Shown here piece by piece: positions 1-12,504 of a stretch of 64,000 nt of DNA; position 1 is the stretch's first letter; every line of letters begins with the position of its first letter. The notes beneath the pieces are model-generated. The model searched no databases. It was given only the letters and a program-made list of their open reading frames with translations, and had not been told where the DNA came from. The position numbers and the translations under genes are program-made. Source of the DNA: Moniliella sp. 'wahieum' (Eukaryota); the NCBI GenBank assembly GCA_003971905.1, contig RSEE01000002.1:1116001-1180000 (forward strand), given 5' to 3'.

Positions 1-250
1 CTCCAGCCACGCATAACCACCATCTCACCTTTGGAAAAAGGAGAAGGAATCACCTAAAGACGCCGAGACAGGTACCCGTTTCTCGGCTGGACCTATGGTG
101 ACCACAGTCCAGCACAAGTTCGCTTCCTACAGTGTGGATCACGTGCCAGAAGGAAGCGGGGGGGAGGTCCCCTCCGATCACGATAGCAAGCTGAATCGCT
201 CTTCGTTGCGTGTGGATACTGATGACGAGGATCCCAAGCGTTCTACTTAA
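1..250 (+). CDS. Probable 3' end of a gene entering from outside the window (unknown product)
   Basis: Frame 2 is open from 17 to TAA at 248-250 and reads like a polar C-terminal tail (KEKESPKDAETGTRFSAGPMVTTVQHKFASYSVDHVPEGSGGEVPSDHDSKLNRSSLRVDTDDEDPKRST*). No family recognised. Confidence 0.3.
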
Positions 251-1349
251 CAATCCCATCTTCACGTTTGTTGCCATACTTGGATTTCTTGAACGCCAGG
301 CGGCGATGCCGACTCATTATAAGCCATGAAGGCCAATTGCTCCTGTTTAACCCGGGGCCGGAGGGAGACCCCTCTGCCGCAGTCGATCCAGCATTCGAGC
401 TGAGTGGACAGGACCAAGTCGCGAATATTGTAGTCCGGAACACATCTGAGGGGTGCATGGGCGACTGTTGCGGCAATGTTGGTTGACCAGGGAGAAGCAG
501 ATGAGCCTCCAGTTCCGTTTCCCCTGTGCCAGGCTTGGGTGCGCGAGTCCATCCCCAGGCACTGCGTCTGCAGGTTCGTTATCCATCGAAGAATATGATG
601 TGCCCACATGGGCTGATTCGGCCGCATGACAAAACGCACCAAGCGGCTTAGTTTGGGCCGAGGCCGCAGACTCCGGCATAACTAAGGGTGGGTACAGCGG
701 AGTCTCAGGTTTAGTCAAAGACATAGGATTCACCGCAGGACTATAGGTGCAAGCAGAGCATGCCTCCAGGACGCCAAACCTGGCGAGACGGCTGAACACA
801 TACGGGGAGGCGATTGAAATCCCTTCTTCAGACTACTGGACGCTGATGACTCCGTTATTGGTGCGAGGGATAAGTACCTCTACTGACGTGGTCGGGAACC
901 ATGAGCGGCGCAGATGGCTGGACAGTGAGGGCGAGGTTGGCTGTTGAGTGGCGGCCGATGGGCACGCCCTCAAGGAGTTCCCACACTCCCCCACACCAAG
1001 GATGAAAAACTTGTGGCTGTGATACACATGGAAAGAGAATTGACGCCGGAGCCGGGTGAGCCTCGTCCCATACCTCCCCCAGACCTCCGTTCGGCGGCAG
1101 GCGCAGGGGGGCGAAGTCGGTAGGCACCCGCTGCCGCTGCTGCTGTCGTTACCACACCGCTGAGAGTGCCAGCAGCGCCTGGAGACACGAGGTCCAGCTG
1201 CAGACGCAAGGTGCATGACGAATGGGATCGAACAGCCACGGGGATAAGACATGGGTGGGTAGGCATAGTGGCGGTTGCTCGCCTCAACAGCGGATCTACT
1301 CGGCAGGGCGGGTGCGATAAAGGACACGGAGCTGAAGCGGGTGCAGGCC

Positions 1350-3006
1350 CGCTCGCGTGCTCTCCCCTGGTCACGCTTCCTGTTGCGGCATCCACAAGCG
1401 CTTCCGCGGCTGGGCGGGAAGGTCGCGAAGGGGGGTACTGTGGGTCGATGAAGAGGAGGTGGGTCGGCAATGCTTCCGTCCGGCACCATCTGCAGGCCAG
1501 CCGTCCGGCCCAGCAGCCGGAGTACGAATTCAACCAACATGTGGTATTGGGCGCTGGGACTGCCGCAGACCATGATGCCATCGCATGCGCAACCACACGC
1601 TCAGCCTCTGCACTCCTGAGCACGTGGCCAAGGCCAGTGCCTGCCAGAGCCTCAACCCCGAGGCACCCAGAGCCAAGCAGGACAATCAAAGTACCCCCCC
1701 AAGCGCAGCTACACAGGCACGACAGTAGCCCCACAGCCCCACAGCCCCCAGCCCCACACCGGCATTACTCGCTTGCCCCAGCAGTGCGGGTGCATCCGTC
1801 CGGATCGCCCCTCGCCCGGCAAGGCGGGGGTCCAGGAATCTTGTTTCTGCGCCACAAGCGCCTCTTGCACCACCTCGAGCCCAAGCCCATTGACTCGCTC
1901 CAGGTGCGGATGCGTGCGGAGGAAGCTGGCAAAGCTGGGTGCGGTGGCGGGGGTAGGCATGGGGTCAGCCGTTAAGTGGGTTAATGATGGCAGCGTCCCC
2001 GCGCCAAGGTCCGACCAGAACTTGTCATAGTTCCCATATGCACCCGACACGTCCAATGTCAACGCAATTCCTTTAAGTAGGGCGAGGCCTTGACGGCGCT
2101 TGATAGGGGGGGTAGCGGTGTCACGGGATACACGTCGAGTGTGCGCAAGTTGCTAAAGCAACCCGCTTCGATCAGTTCCGGACTGTGAAGGAGGGAGGTT
2201 TTGCTGCTCCGAAGACGAAGATGGCGCATAGTCGATTCCTTGGTAAGACTGCTACTAACCAAGACTGTCCGAACCGAGTCAAGGCTGCGTTCCACTTCGA
2301 GGTCTTGCCCATCGGCTTGGCGTCCCAAGAAGGGACCTGTCTCGGCATGAGCCTCCTGTTGCGCAAACTCAGAGCCTCCTCCTTCTTCTTGCCGCATAGT
2401 GGCAAGAAGAAGTGCGGGTAAGTGGGTAGGAAGGAGAAACGCGTCATACTCTGTCAAAGAGAGGACTCTGATCCCCGTGAGCAAGCCCCAGTGCGCATCT
2501 CCCGCCCAAAACGTGCCACAGGAGATCTCCATCCACTCTAGGTGAGCGCAAAGAGGCCAGATGGCCCATGGTGGAGGAACGTCCGCTTCCCAAACCAGTT
2601 TTCGAAGCCGGCTGGGCGCAATGCTGATGCTGGCCCAATAGCGAATTAGCGGCCCGATCCCGCCCCCATTACGACCCGCTGAGTGCGCGGATGTGATGAA
2701 GGAACGTATGGTCGGATGGCTGAGTGCGGGCGACCGAAAGAAGAAATTGGGCATCCCTGCTTGTGCGTATGGTGATGTGTGCCCAAAGCAGCGGGGAAGA
2801 AGAACACGTACCCCTCGGCTAGTAGAAGAGAGACGGAGCAAGGCTTTCTTGCTCTGAGCCCGCTTGGCTAGTTCGCCAGCCCCAGGTGGATCAGAGCTCC
2901 AGGGAAATAAATCAGGATCATCGAGCGGGAGGAGGTCGGGGTCGCTTTCTCTCCACAATACCAGAGCCACTTGATAGAGCAGCTCGGCCGGGAGAGGCAG
3001 GGCCAT
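1350..3006 (-). CDS. F-box-like / RNI-type leucine-rich repeat protein (frameshifted; 3' end approximate)
   Basis: N-terminus LPLPAELLYQVALVL...ALLRLSSTSRGVR resembles a fungal F-box. LRR-like segments follow (RLRKLVW, HLEWMEI, IRVLSL, NLRTLDV, SLTHLTA, HPHLERVNGL) across ORFs 2059-3006, 1709-2062 and 970-1734. Confidence 0.55.
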
Positions 3007-4188
3007 TGCCTGTAGCTGGGGGGCGATCGTGGCGAGAAGACCAGGTGAGAATCCAGTTTGATTAGGCCTTAGATTTTAGATTGGCTGCGTTAACATTTCA
3101 TTGTTGGCATCCTATTTGGGTGGGAGCGATGACGGTCACCGGTAAAGCACACGCAGGATGAGATCGCAGATAGAGTACATGCTGACGAAGAGAAGCGCTT
3201 CCTATCTATATGTCCTGTTGTTCAACTAGTGTTGCAAATGTCATCATATGGATTCAGTGGGGGCTGGCAGACAGTTGGCTTCATTTACGCTTTCTGTTGA
3301 TTCATCATCTGATGAGACCTGGAGTCCTGATGGTCCTCGAGGGTGATGCAATCGCACTGGTGGTGGTGATGTGGCAACCAGCAACGCCTACAGAGGAACA
3401 ACAAGCAGCGAGTCGCCACCAGGGGCTAAGCTGCGGAACAAGCAAAACACAAGAAGAAAACCGGAACTCCCAGGCTTGAGGAGGAACTGAAGGGATATTG
3501 GCCAAAGCACAAGCCACCCGATGGCTTAACATCATCTTCATCCGCACTGCGACCGATGGGTGCCCCACTTCCCGCAGGGGTTCCGCGGTTTTTTCGGCGA
3601 CTGGTGGTGTTGAGATGGAGGCCCTCTCACTTTTTTTGACCAGGATACTAGTTTTGCCCACCTGTACAGAATACTAGTCGTCCCCGATCAAATACCCAAT
3701 GAGTATAAGGTAGCACCAGACCGGCAATCATATTATAATTGGGCACATTCACATACCTCTCTGTCAGAACTCAACTTACACCCCCAACAGACCTTCAGGA
3801 TTATATAGGCAGAAACCTTTTGTGACGAGAGGTCTCTGAGGCCGGAAGGTTCAATCATTACAATTGTATGACTTATGGCTACATTGAACTAGGCAAAGTA
3901 ACGGTACCCAAATGGTTCTCAGCGTTTATTGATATAGTGAAGAGCACGAATTCGTGCCTTCGGAGAGTAGAGATTACACAAGGTCACAGCACAAATCAAG
4001 AAAACGCAGAATAGACATGGATATCATGGTAGCACGAAATGAAACGGTGTATCCTGCCACAGAAAAGAGCGTCAAAGGAATTTGGTAGGCCAAGTGGCGC
4101 CTCGCGAAGGAGTTGGTAGGAGCTTGGGTTCTAGGGAAACCAGTAATGAACGCTGTTCATGTAGGAGAATATAGTAGTAGCTCGATTT

Positions 4189-5487
4189 CTAGGCAAACCA
4201 ATGCTGGACGCTGCTCACGCCTGCTTGCACTGCTGCCAATGCGCCGCCCAAGTCCGAAGGAAGCAAGCCAGAAAAGATACCCGCGGCGGTAGCGGCTACC
4301 GTGGCCGCCACCCCCGCCCCGGCTACCCCAGCGGCCGACGCAACCGGGTGAGAATGCAAGAGCGCTCGGACTCGCGCAGGGGTAACCATCCTCCTTCCTG
4401 TCGGCACAGGATGAGATGAAGATGGAGCGGAAACGATAACATCGTCCGTTTCCTCCAGGCGGCGCTTGGAATTGCTGATGGAAGTCTGCGCAGAGGATTG
4501 GATCGCAGCCGCTTCTTCTTGTGCCGAAGTAATGCCTCCTTGGCGTTGGGGAGCAGATGCACCTCCTTGGCATCCGTAGAGTCAATGGTGCGTGTGCTCA
4601 GGAGGGTTGTATCTTCGTCTGAGAGGGGTTTTCCATTCGCAGAACGAATGGGCTTTCCTTCTTGGTCTACTAAGAACGCAACGCCCTCACAATCGTGCCC
4701 TGAGCCTGAACCAAGGGGAGAAGGAGATGACCGATGCCGTAGTGGTCGGCCAACGCCTGTGCCTCCGAGACGAGAACCCAGGTTCCAGGGAAAACCATGG
4801 GAGCATCGATGGCAGTGAAATTGGAAGCGACATACGCCATCTCTTTCTCCTTCTCCTCCTCGCTTGCTGAGGGAAAAGCCAGATCAAACATGGCACTTGC
4901 CATGATCGCATGAACGTCAAATCGCTTCAAAAGGAACACATGCCCCTTCCATGAGGAATGGGGAGCTTCATGCGACCCACCAAAATTTCCCGTTCTTCCC
5001 CATCGATATCATGGTGGACGATTTGCAATTTAACTTCCCCTTGGCTTTGGAAAGGAGGGGGTTCTTTGCCTCTGGGAGCGGAGGGCGAAGCGTAGCGATC
5101 TCCGAGGTGTGATGGGGGCAGAGGCAGAAGCAAGTGTAGGCGAAAGCACGATGGGGGAAGAAGCCCCTTTCCTTTGGGCGCCTCAGGAGTGGGCGTCGGA
5201 CTGGGCCCATCGGCAAGAGGAGGAGGGTGACGGTTGGCGAACGAGCACGGCCGGTAAGGGCGAAGACCGCCTCGTGTTGGCCACTCACGTTTTCCTCCGT
5301 CTCTGCCTGCATCTGATTTTCCTCGTCCTTATCCGGAGCGGGAATGTGGGCGGCTTCAACCGGTGCCTTTTCCTGAGCCGCGAGCTCTTCCTCAGGCTTG
5401 ATGGACTGCGCCACGTGGACAATGGCGTTGCACTGCGAGCGGCTCTAGTGCGGGGTGGTAGGGCGCTTGCGCGGGCGGCAGGGGCAT
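4189..5487 (-). CDS. APSES/KilA-N domain protein with C-terminal hydrophobic anchor, Bqt4-like (frameshifted)
   Basis: Fragments ILVGRMKLP..HVFLLKRFDVHAIMASAMFDLAFPSASEEEKEKEMAYV...GTWVLVSEAQALADHYGI match the Bqt4-type APSES pattern. The C-terminus VASAAGVAGAGVAATVAATAAGIF..VQHWFA* is a single hydrophobic helix. ATG at 5487 is inferred. Confidence 0.7.
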
Positions 5488-6455
5488 GGCGAACGAAGGG
5501 TGCAGGGGTGATATTGAACCTTAAGCTGTGATTGCGGGGAACCTGGGCCGAGGCGGTGGTGCAGGTGGTGGGCAAGAACAGATGCAAGCCCGTTTGGGGG
5601 CGTAGAGTGGGTCCTGGGCGGCTTGCGCGTGGGCTACACAAGACTGCGCCTTTGCCTTTGCCACGGAGAGAAGACAGGGAGGCCAGTTACTAGTTCGGCA
5701 CAGCGGCGCGGTGCTCTGTGTGTCGAGCGGAGGCCTCCAGCTACTGGACCAGTGCTGCGCTTTTGGCCCTGTGCGCGCGAGTGGTAGGTCGGCACTAGGC
5801 CAGTCAGGTCTCAGAGTGGAGCAGGGCGGCGCACAGGGGACATGCGGTCATGAATATTTTCTTTGGACCCCATCAGGCACACCATTTACCTGCAAAAGCT
5901 CCACGCCAGGTCTGCCCTAAGTCCACTTTGGTCTACCCCAGAAGAACGAAATCCAGAGGGGGGCTGTAATTCGGCAGCAGGGGCGGAGGCTGCCTCGTAG
6001 TTCTAGCTGATCTGGTTGATACAAGAACCTTCGTTATTAGGAAGGAGACAGAGCGAAATGAGGGAGAGTGGGTGACCAAGTCTTCGAAAAGAGGATGGGG
6101 CAGGGATCAGATCTCAGATGATATCGATGAGGAGGGGCAGGTGGGACATTCTAGCGTTCGTTGGACGAGTGGAAGATGCGCCAGCTACTGGATTTCTTTG
6201 AGCGAAGGCCGCGGCCGAGTAACCAAAAGGAGGCGCTGACGGCAGAGGCGGACTATTCTCTCGCCACACTCCGTAGCAGGGGCACTTCTTGCTCTTCTAT
6301 ATCGCGGCGCAGGGGGTTGGTTGAGCCTGTTTAGAAACACCTGAACGTCTGAACGGACATGTACTGGCGTCTGTGGCTGCCTCGAGTGGGGATTTGTTGG
6401 GTTTCGTTGTCGTGAGCTGCGGACGCTCCGGCTGGACAATGGCCTAAGATGTCTC

Positions 6456-6469
6456 GCGTCACGTGACGC
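6456..6469. promoter_or_regulatory. Perfect 14-bp palindrome GCGTCACGTGACGC containing a Cbf1/bHLH-type E-box
   Basis: Seen directly in the divergent intergenic region between the Bqt4-like gene and Whi2. ACGCGT (MCB-like) words lie nearby at about 6628 and 6684. Confidence 0.45.
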
Positions 6470-7041
6470 TCGAGGGTTTGCCTCTAACTTTGGGGCATGC
6501 GATGCAGTGCGGTTGGCGAGCACGCGCCCCGTGCTGCTGGCAGCAGGGGCACAGTGGCATCCATCATGCATTCTACAGGCGGACCAACCAGCGAGCTAGT
6601 GGCCCAGTGGCTGGTGAAGTGGCTATCACGCGTCACACACGCGCGTGCGGACACGTGGCCGAGCCTGGGCCGGGGGAGCGGTGACGCGTGACGGGTGCTT
6701 AGCATGCTGGCGATCAGCAACGCGCCAGCGCAGCCTCTTGCCAGGGCGCAACATGGCTTAGCTAAGCCGGCCTCCATCCCATTATCGATCCCTCCTCCGT
6801 GCTCCTCTGGGCTCCTCTCCGCTCCGCTCGCCCCCTGTTGTCTCATCGCGTCTGATCTCGCCGCTTCTCATCCACCTCATCCCACCCTCTCCCCTCCCAC
6901 TCCATCCCACCCCCCCCACTCTCCGCCCCTCGCCCATCGCCCCATCGCCCCACCTGCTCCCGTTCCGATCACCGCAACGCCACCCGGCGAATCACCGTCA
7001 GCTCACTCCTCGTCCCCGCCAACGCCCAACCCCCCACCGCC

Positions 7042-8390
7042 ATGGAGACGTCTGTGTCCGCGACACTGTGGGAACAGGCCCAGGCCACAACCCGCCCCAT
7101 CCACCTCGATCTGCGCGGCAACCTTTTCACGCTGGACCGTGATGTGTTGGTCGAGCTCCCGAGAACATTCTGCTCTGTCTCTTTCCCCAGGGGTTGTTCC
7201 CCCTCCCCGCGCCCGCTACCGACGGGGAAGATGGCGACGCCGAAGCTGACCTAGAGGAGCAGGAAGGCGTGTACTACTCGGACTTTGATCCGGCCTGTCT
7301 CTCGTACGTTCTCAGCTTCTTCAAGTCTGCCCAGGACACTTTTACGGGAGCGAAGAGCAAGGCGTGCGCGGACGCTACCGCCCCAACGCGATGCCGCCTC
7401 CCCGGCCGCATGTACCTCAACCCCTTCTATACGCCCAACGGCCAGAGCCCGCTTCTAATCGCGCCAGGCTGTCATTGTTCTCGCGCGAAGACTGGAATTT
7501 ATGCCATCCCCGCCCCGCCCTCAGGTCCGCCGCGCACCGACCTGCCCCCCCTCCACCCCATTGACTTTAGGCGCCCGTTTGCCCCTGAGGAGCTTGCGCT
7601 TTGACGCGCGCCTACGAACCCAACCCAGATGATGAGCGAACCAATCTCGTGGCGGAGCACCAACCAACAAGCTCCCTCGAACTCAAAGAGAAGGCTGGCC
7701 AAGCGCTGCTCAATCGCCGCCACATTTCACCCGCTGCAGCGCAACGTCAATAAGGAAAACATGTTGCTGAGCAGCACCTGATTGACATGCTCTGTATGAG
7801 GTGCGTTTCTGCCCCGTTTCCTTGTATGCTCTGCACCGCTAACCTTATAACCCCCTAAGTGGCTTTGACCGCTCTGATGACTGGGGGTTCCGGGCTCTTG
7901 AGCCGGCCCGATGCAGCATGGTCTCCATCGCTCTCGTTCTGCTCAAAACAGGCACGATCCATGCAGGTGAAACGGAGGCCATCGCTGCGATTGATTCGCG
8001 ACAAGCGGCAGGAGAAGAGGCACAGTATGTCCCCGGCCCCGATGGAAGTCGGCTAGATCAAACCCAGCTGGCTACTGCGCAGAAACTGCTGCTGTTCTGG
8101 AGGAAGCCTGCGCGCAAGTGCTGGTGGGACGGGTGGATGTGATTGTGCCTGTGAATGAGGGGGAGAAAGCGGACCTACCACCAAGCCAGGACGAAGTCCC
8201 CCCCGTCGAGGAAGAGGAGAGTGAATTGGGTCCGGGTGCGCGGACGGGATCGACGACCGTGCCTGGTTCCGAAGCCTTTCCTACTGCCGGCATGACCCGT
8301 GCCGAATTGGCGCTATGGAAGGAGGGACGCGGACGCCGAGTGCGGGTATGGGCCCGCCGGATCTGGACGTTGGAGTTGAGTCTGCTGTAA
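7042..8390 (+). CDS. WHI2: Whi2-family growth/stress regulator (BTB/POZ-like N-terminus)
   Basis: IHLDLRGNLFTLDRDVLVELP, DFDPACLSYVLSFF, LQRNVNKE, EQHLIDMLCMS|GFD, LATAQKLLLFWRKPARKCWWDG and terminal RVWARRIWTLELSLL* match fungal Whi2. Intron 7801-7859 (GTGCGT..CTAAC..TAAG). Confidence 0.88.
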
Positions 8391-9688
8391 CTGCTTGCCC
8401 CCCCCCGCCATACCCCCTTTCTTTGCTTTCCTTTCGGCTCCGTTCTTCCTTCTTGCACCTCCACCACCGTCCCTCAACTCAAGTCAACATGCCCCACTGG
8501 CTTGCCAGGACGTTCTCCCCTGGCCACCCAATTTATTCCTTGCCATCGCGTTCTGAGAAAGACTGAGATTCTTTGTACTTGACGACCTGGAGGTGAGTGG
8601 TACGCGAGAAACAGGCGCAGAGGTGATAGGTTTCAGAAGCATGGGGCAAATGAAATGATCCATTTCGAGCGTCGTGGTGGGGGGGGAGAGGTGAGCCCCA
8701 TCTTCTGCGTAGCCCCTCGCTCTCCTCTCACCTGTCCCAATCTAAAGTGACTAGTAAGAAGAGAGAGGCGCTGTCACGTCGTATCGTTCGGTATCCAGCA
8801 TGCATACACATTAAGTTTCTCTCTTCCGTAATAGGCAGGTTTGCCAACCGATTCACCCCTAATGCACTCCCCGCCAATGTAGTACAGCAGCTTCGGAAAC
8901 AGCAGGCCCAGAAAGTGAAGAAAAGGGACAGAAAAGCAACTTCCACTTTTTGGGTATGCAGTGTAGTAGAACATGTAAAGGTCGGGCAAGAGAGAAGTCT
9001 GTGAAATAGGGAAATATGGCTCCAGTGCAGGTAGAAGCCAGTTAGATAATGAATCCGATGGCGGAGGGAGGAGTTTCTGTGCTGTACTCAGCTGGAGGGG
9101 AAAGGAGAAGGGGCAGGGGCGACTCTTCCTTTTAGGTGGATATTATTCAAGTAAAGTGTTTTGAAGAAGGATCGAGCCTATAGTAGCGTACTGCAGGTTT
9201 AGCGTTCACCACTAGTTCTCCCAATTATAGAGCGAGACGTCTGTCATGGGTCCGAGCGTACCCGTATACAAAAGCTGGTTTTGCTGGCTTGCACAGTAAT
9301 GGCTGGGGGGTCACAACAGTTAAGCCTGCTGTGACAATGTTGACAGCAACTCTGTTGTCGACCAAGCCGACAAGTGCCGCAACCATGGACAATTGGACTA
9401 GCAGCGGGCAGAAGAGTAGAAGGGGTGTTGAGGACACCATGGAGGTGCCGAACCAGAGTGAAGAGTAGGGGAAGCTTACAGCGGGGCTTTGCAATTTGAA
9501 ATGTGATTGGCGGATAGCCTGACAACAACATTGCAAGTTGGACAAAACTTGAAATTGCAACAGCCGTTGCGTACATAAGGCAGGGCAGTAGATTCTACAT
9601 GGTGCTTGGCTCTTGGCTGGGCTCTTGCCAGCGTCCAACTTGGACCACTTAGCCTGATCCCAGGCGCTGTCTTCTGCCACCACGACGC

Positions 9689-11661
9689 ATGCTCACGGAT
9701 TCACCCTTCTCTGGCAACATCTTCCGCCCGGACGAGTCCTCGCGGCTGGACTCGTCCCTCGCCATGGGCAAGAATCTATTTGCCTCGGAGCTACGCAGCG
9801 GCGGCGGCGGCCGCGCGAGCGCTGGTGGCATCAATGCCCTCACCTCCAACTTGGCCACCATCTCTTTGGGCAGCCGGTCCAAGCGCTCCCCAAACCTTTT
9901 CTCTGTTGCATCCGGGTCCAAGTTGCACCACAAGCGGTCCCTGCCTTCTCTTGGTCCAGGGGCGTACGACGACTTGCTGCCCTCGGCTCCTGGGTTGGGT
10001 AAGATCACGCGCGATTGGACCGAATACGAGTCGGGGAGCAAAACCGAAACGATCCTTGCTGTATGTCGTCCCATTTTCCCGCTTTTGTTTGGAACCCGAG
10101 GTTAACTTGGAAACATAGGACCGTTTCCTGGCCCAACGAAACTTGAGCGGCGTATTGAAGGCACCACCTCAATGGGGCGGGGCAGGCGAGTCGCTCTCCA
10201 GCTTCAGCAAAGAGCATTCAACCAAGTCCAGAGCGCCCAGCGAAGGAGAGGACACCTCTTCCCTCCTTCAGCAAGCGGATGCAATCAAAGATGCCCATCT
10301 CCTCCCTACGGGTTCCATGACTGATCTGGAAGAACAGCAGGCGCTCAACTCGGCGGCCCGGAGTGCAGCAGCATTGGGGATTGAGTTTACGCCCCAAGTC
10401 TTGTCCTTTGCCCCACGGCCGCCTGGGGCAAACGCAGGTTCCTCCTCTGTGGCATCAGTCAGGCAAAGACGGCTTTTGAGCGCAGCTACCAACAACCTTC
10501 ATGCTCGTCGTCCCATTTCCAACAAGCCCGAAAAGGTCTTGGATGCGGCGGACATCTGTGATGACTTTTACTACAACTTGATGGACTGGTCCGTGACAAA
10601 CCAAGTGGCCATTGCACTGCAGGGAAGGGCATTCATTTGGGACTGCGAAGAGGCGCAGGTGTACGAGCTGGTGGATCTTGCTGAAGAGTCGGAGAGGGTG
10701 GGTGGCGGGTACACCTGCTTGATTTCCTCTCTCAAGTGGCACCCGGATGGGACGTTCCTCGTGGTCGGTACCGAAGGTGGATATGCTCAAGTGTGGGATA
10801 TGGTGGAGCGAAGGCGGGTGCGGACCATCAAGCCCAATCCAGAGGGTGGCGCCACCGTGTCGGCAATATGCACGTTAGGATGGGCGGATGCGACAACGTT
10901 GACACTGGGCTACGCTTCAGGCCTGGTGGTGGACCACGACATTCGCGCCGCTGATAGCACCATCCGGTCGATCAATGCACATGCCGGCCATACCTGTGGT
11001 CTGCTGTGGCGGGACGATGGAGGACTGTTGGCCACGGGGGGAAACGATAACATTGTCAAGGTGTACGATCGGAACAGTACGGAGCCCCTCATGACCCGCA
11101 CCGAGCACAAATCAGCCGTTAAGGTATGTCTTCCTCCCTTCTCGCCACTCTGTGTTGGGGTATTGACGCTTCTGCTCTGCTTGTCCATCAGGCAATGTCC
11201 TGGTCGCCCTTCAACAACAACATTCTTGCCACCGGAGGAGGTTCGGCGTGTCGTGCTGTCAACATTTGGAACGTGGAGACCGATGCACGTCTCATGTCGT
11301 GGACAACCGAAGCACAGATTTCCTCGATTCATTGGTCGTGGTACCACCGAGAACTGCTCACCACCCACGGTTCCTCCGACGGCTCGCCAAGCGGGTGCAT
11401 CAACCTCTGGTCCTACCCTTCGGGCAAGGTGCTTCATCGGATCGATCGGGCCCACGAAGGTCGCATCCTCGGTTCTGTCCTCTCCCCCGATGGACAGAAA
11501 CTAGCTTCCGTCGATACGGGCGGGAATGAGCTGCGTTTCTGGACAGTATTTGAGGCGACAGATGAGCAGCGGAGGAGGCATCGCCAAGGCAAAGGGCTGG
11601 AACTGTACGACCCCCTCAAGACGGACCCCCCCGGGCTCGCACACATTCGCTTCTTCGTTAG
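9689..11661 (+). CDS. Cdc20/Fizzy-family WD40 APC/C activator, divergent
   Basis: KPEKVLDAADICDDFYYNLMDWS, LLATGGNDNIVKVYD, HKSAVK|AMSWSPFNNNILATGGG, LSPDGQ..ELRFW. Introns 10061-10118 and 11124-11191; splicing the first gives the C-box-like DRFLAQR. IR dipeptide at 11645-11650. True stop uncertain. Confidence 0.88.
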
Positions 11662-12191
11662 CTGGCCTTTCTTCAGTTGGATGGGCTGGCACTCTTTTTT
11701 TGAGTGTCCATTTTTCTATGTATGCACTGATGATATGATGCTGATCATGAGATGCGCATGTGTCCACATGTTAGCCTCTGGCTTGATTCCTTTTCCAGCC
11801 AAGGAAGGAAACGATGAGCGCGGGGCGAGGGATGGTTGGCGTTTGTAGTAATTCCTGAAGGACGAAGGACACACGTGCCACGTAGCTGAATACAAGATAC
11901 CACACCCTGTTCATGCATGAACGCGCAGTGTGTAGCCGCCCTGCCACTGCCACCACATTGCATTTGACTTCATCAATGAGAGCCGCCCCTCGTCGGGACC
12001 CCTTATTAATCGTTTTTGATCTCTCACCCCCAGCTGCTGCATAGTTCTGGTGTTTGCTGGTAGAAAGCCGAGGAAAGGTCTGCTTTGGGTTCGGGTTGAT
12101 GCGAAGGCAGAGACTGCGTGTACATGATGCAGCAAGGATGGAGGCGGGCCCCGTCGTGAGGGGTTCAAGGGAAGCGAGAGCAGACGGCATA

Positions 12192-12411
12192 TGTCGGGAT
12201 CAGACTCACTTGATCACGTTCTCTGTCGCCAAGTTGTCTGGCCCCCTTTGATTTGTTCTAGACCCTGTTTTCCCCCTTTGGATTGTGCTCCCTCTTTCCC
12301 TCCATGTGATTTAGCTCGCATGTGCTCTTCTTCTCCGAGGCATATATACCTCGCCTCCTCTCCACTCGATGAATATGATCCTTGTCCTTTCCTCATCTCC
12401 ATCTCCCGTTA
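12192..12411 (+). repeat. 5' LTR (TG...TA)
   Basis: TGTCGGGATCAGACTCAC...CATCTCCCGTTA, near-identical to 16896-17114. Contains a CATATATA TATA-like word. Confidence 0.95.
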
Positions 12412-12423
12412 GGTTTGATCCCA
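12412..12423 (+). other. Putative primer-binding site resembling the half-tRNAiMet type
   Basis: GGTTTGATCCCA directly follows the 5' LTR. It resembles GGTTATGAGCCC (Ty5/copia type) with one deletion and one substitution. Confidence 0.55.
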
Positions 12424-12504
12424 CTCAGCCTTCCGGCTTTCAGCCCACCCACCCACCCCAATCACGCTGGACACATCTCTCCGCCCTCCTCCCTCCCCTA
12501 CACC

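Noticed and set aside
260..1300. Several short ORFs on both strands
   Set aside because: No motif, consistent frame or splice pattern that I could support.
3944..3957. 14-bp palindrome GCACGAATTCGTGC
   Set aside because: Isolated, with no flanking repeat or element structure to give it meaning.
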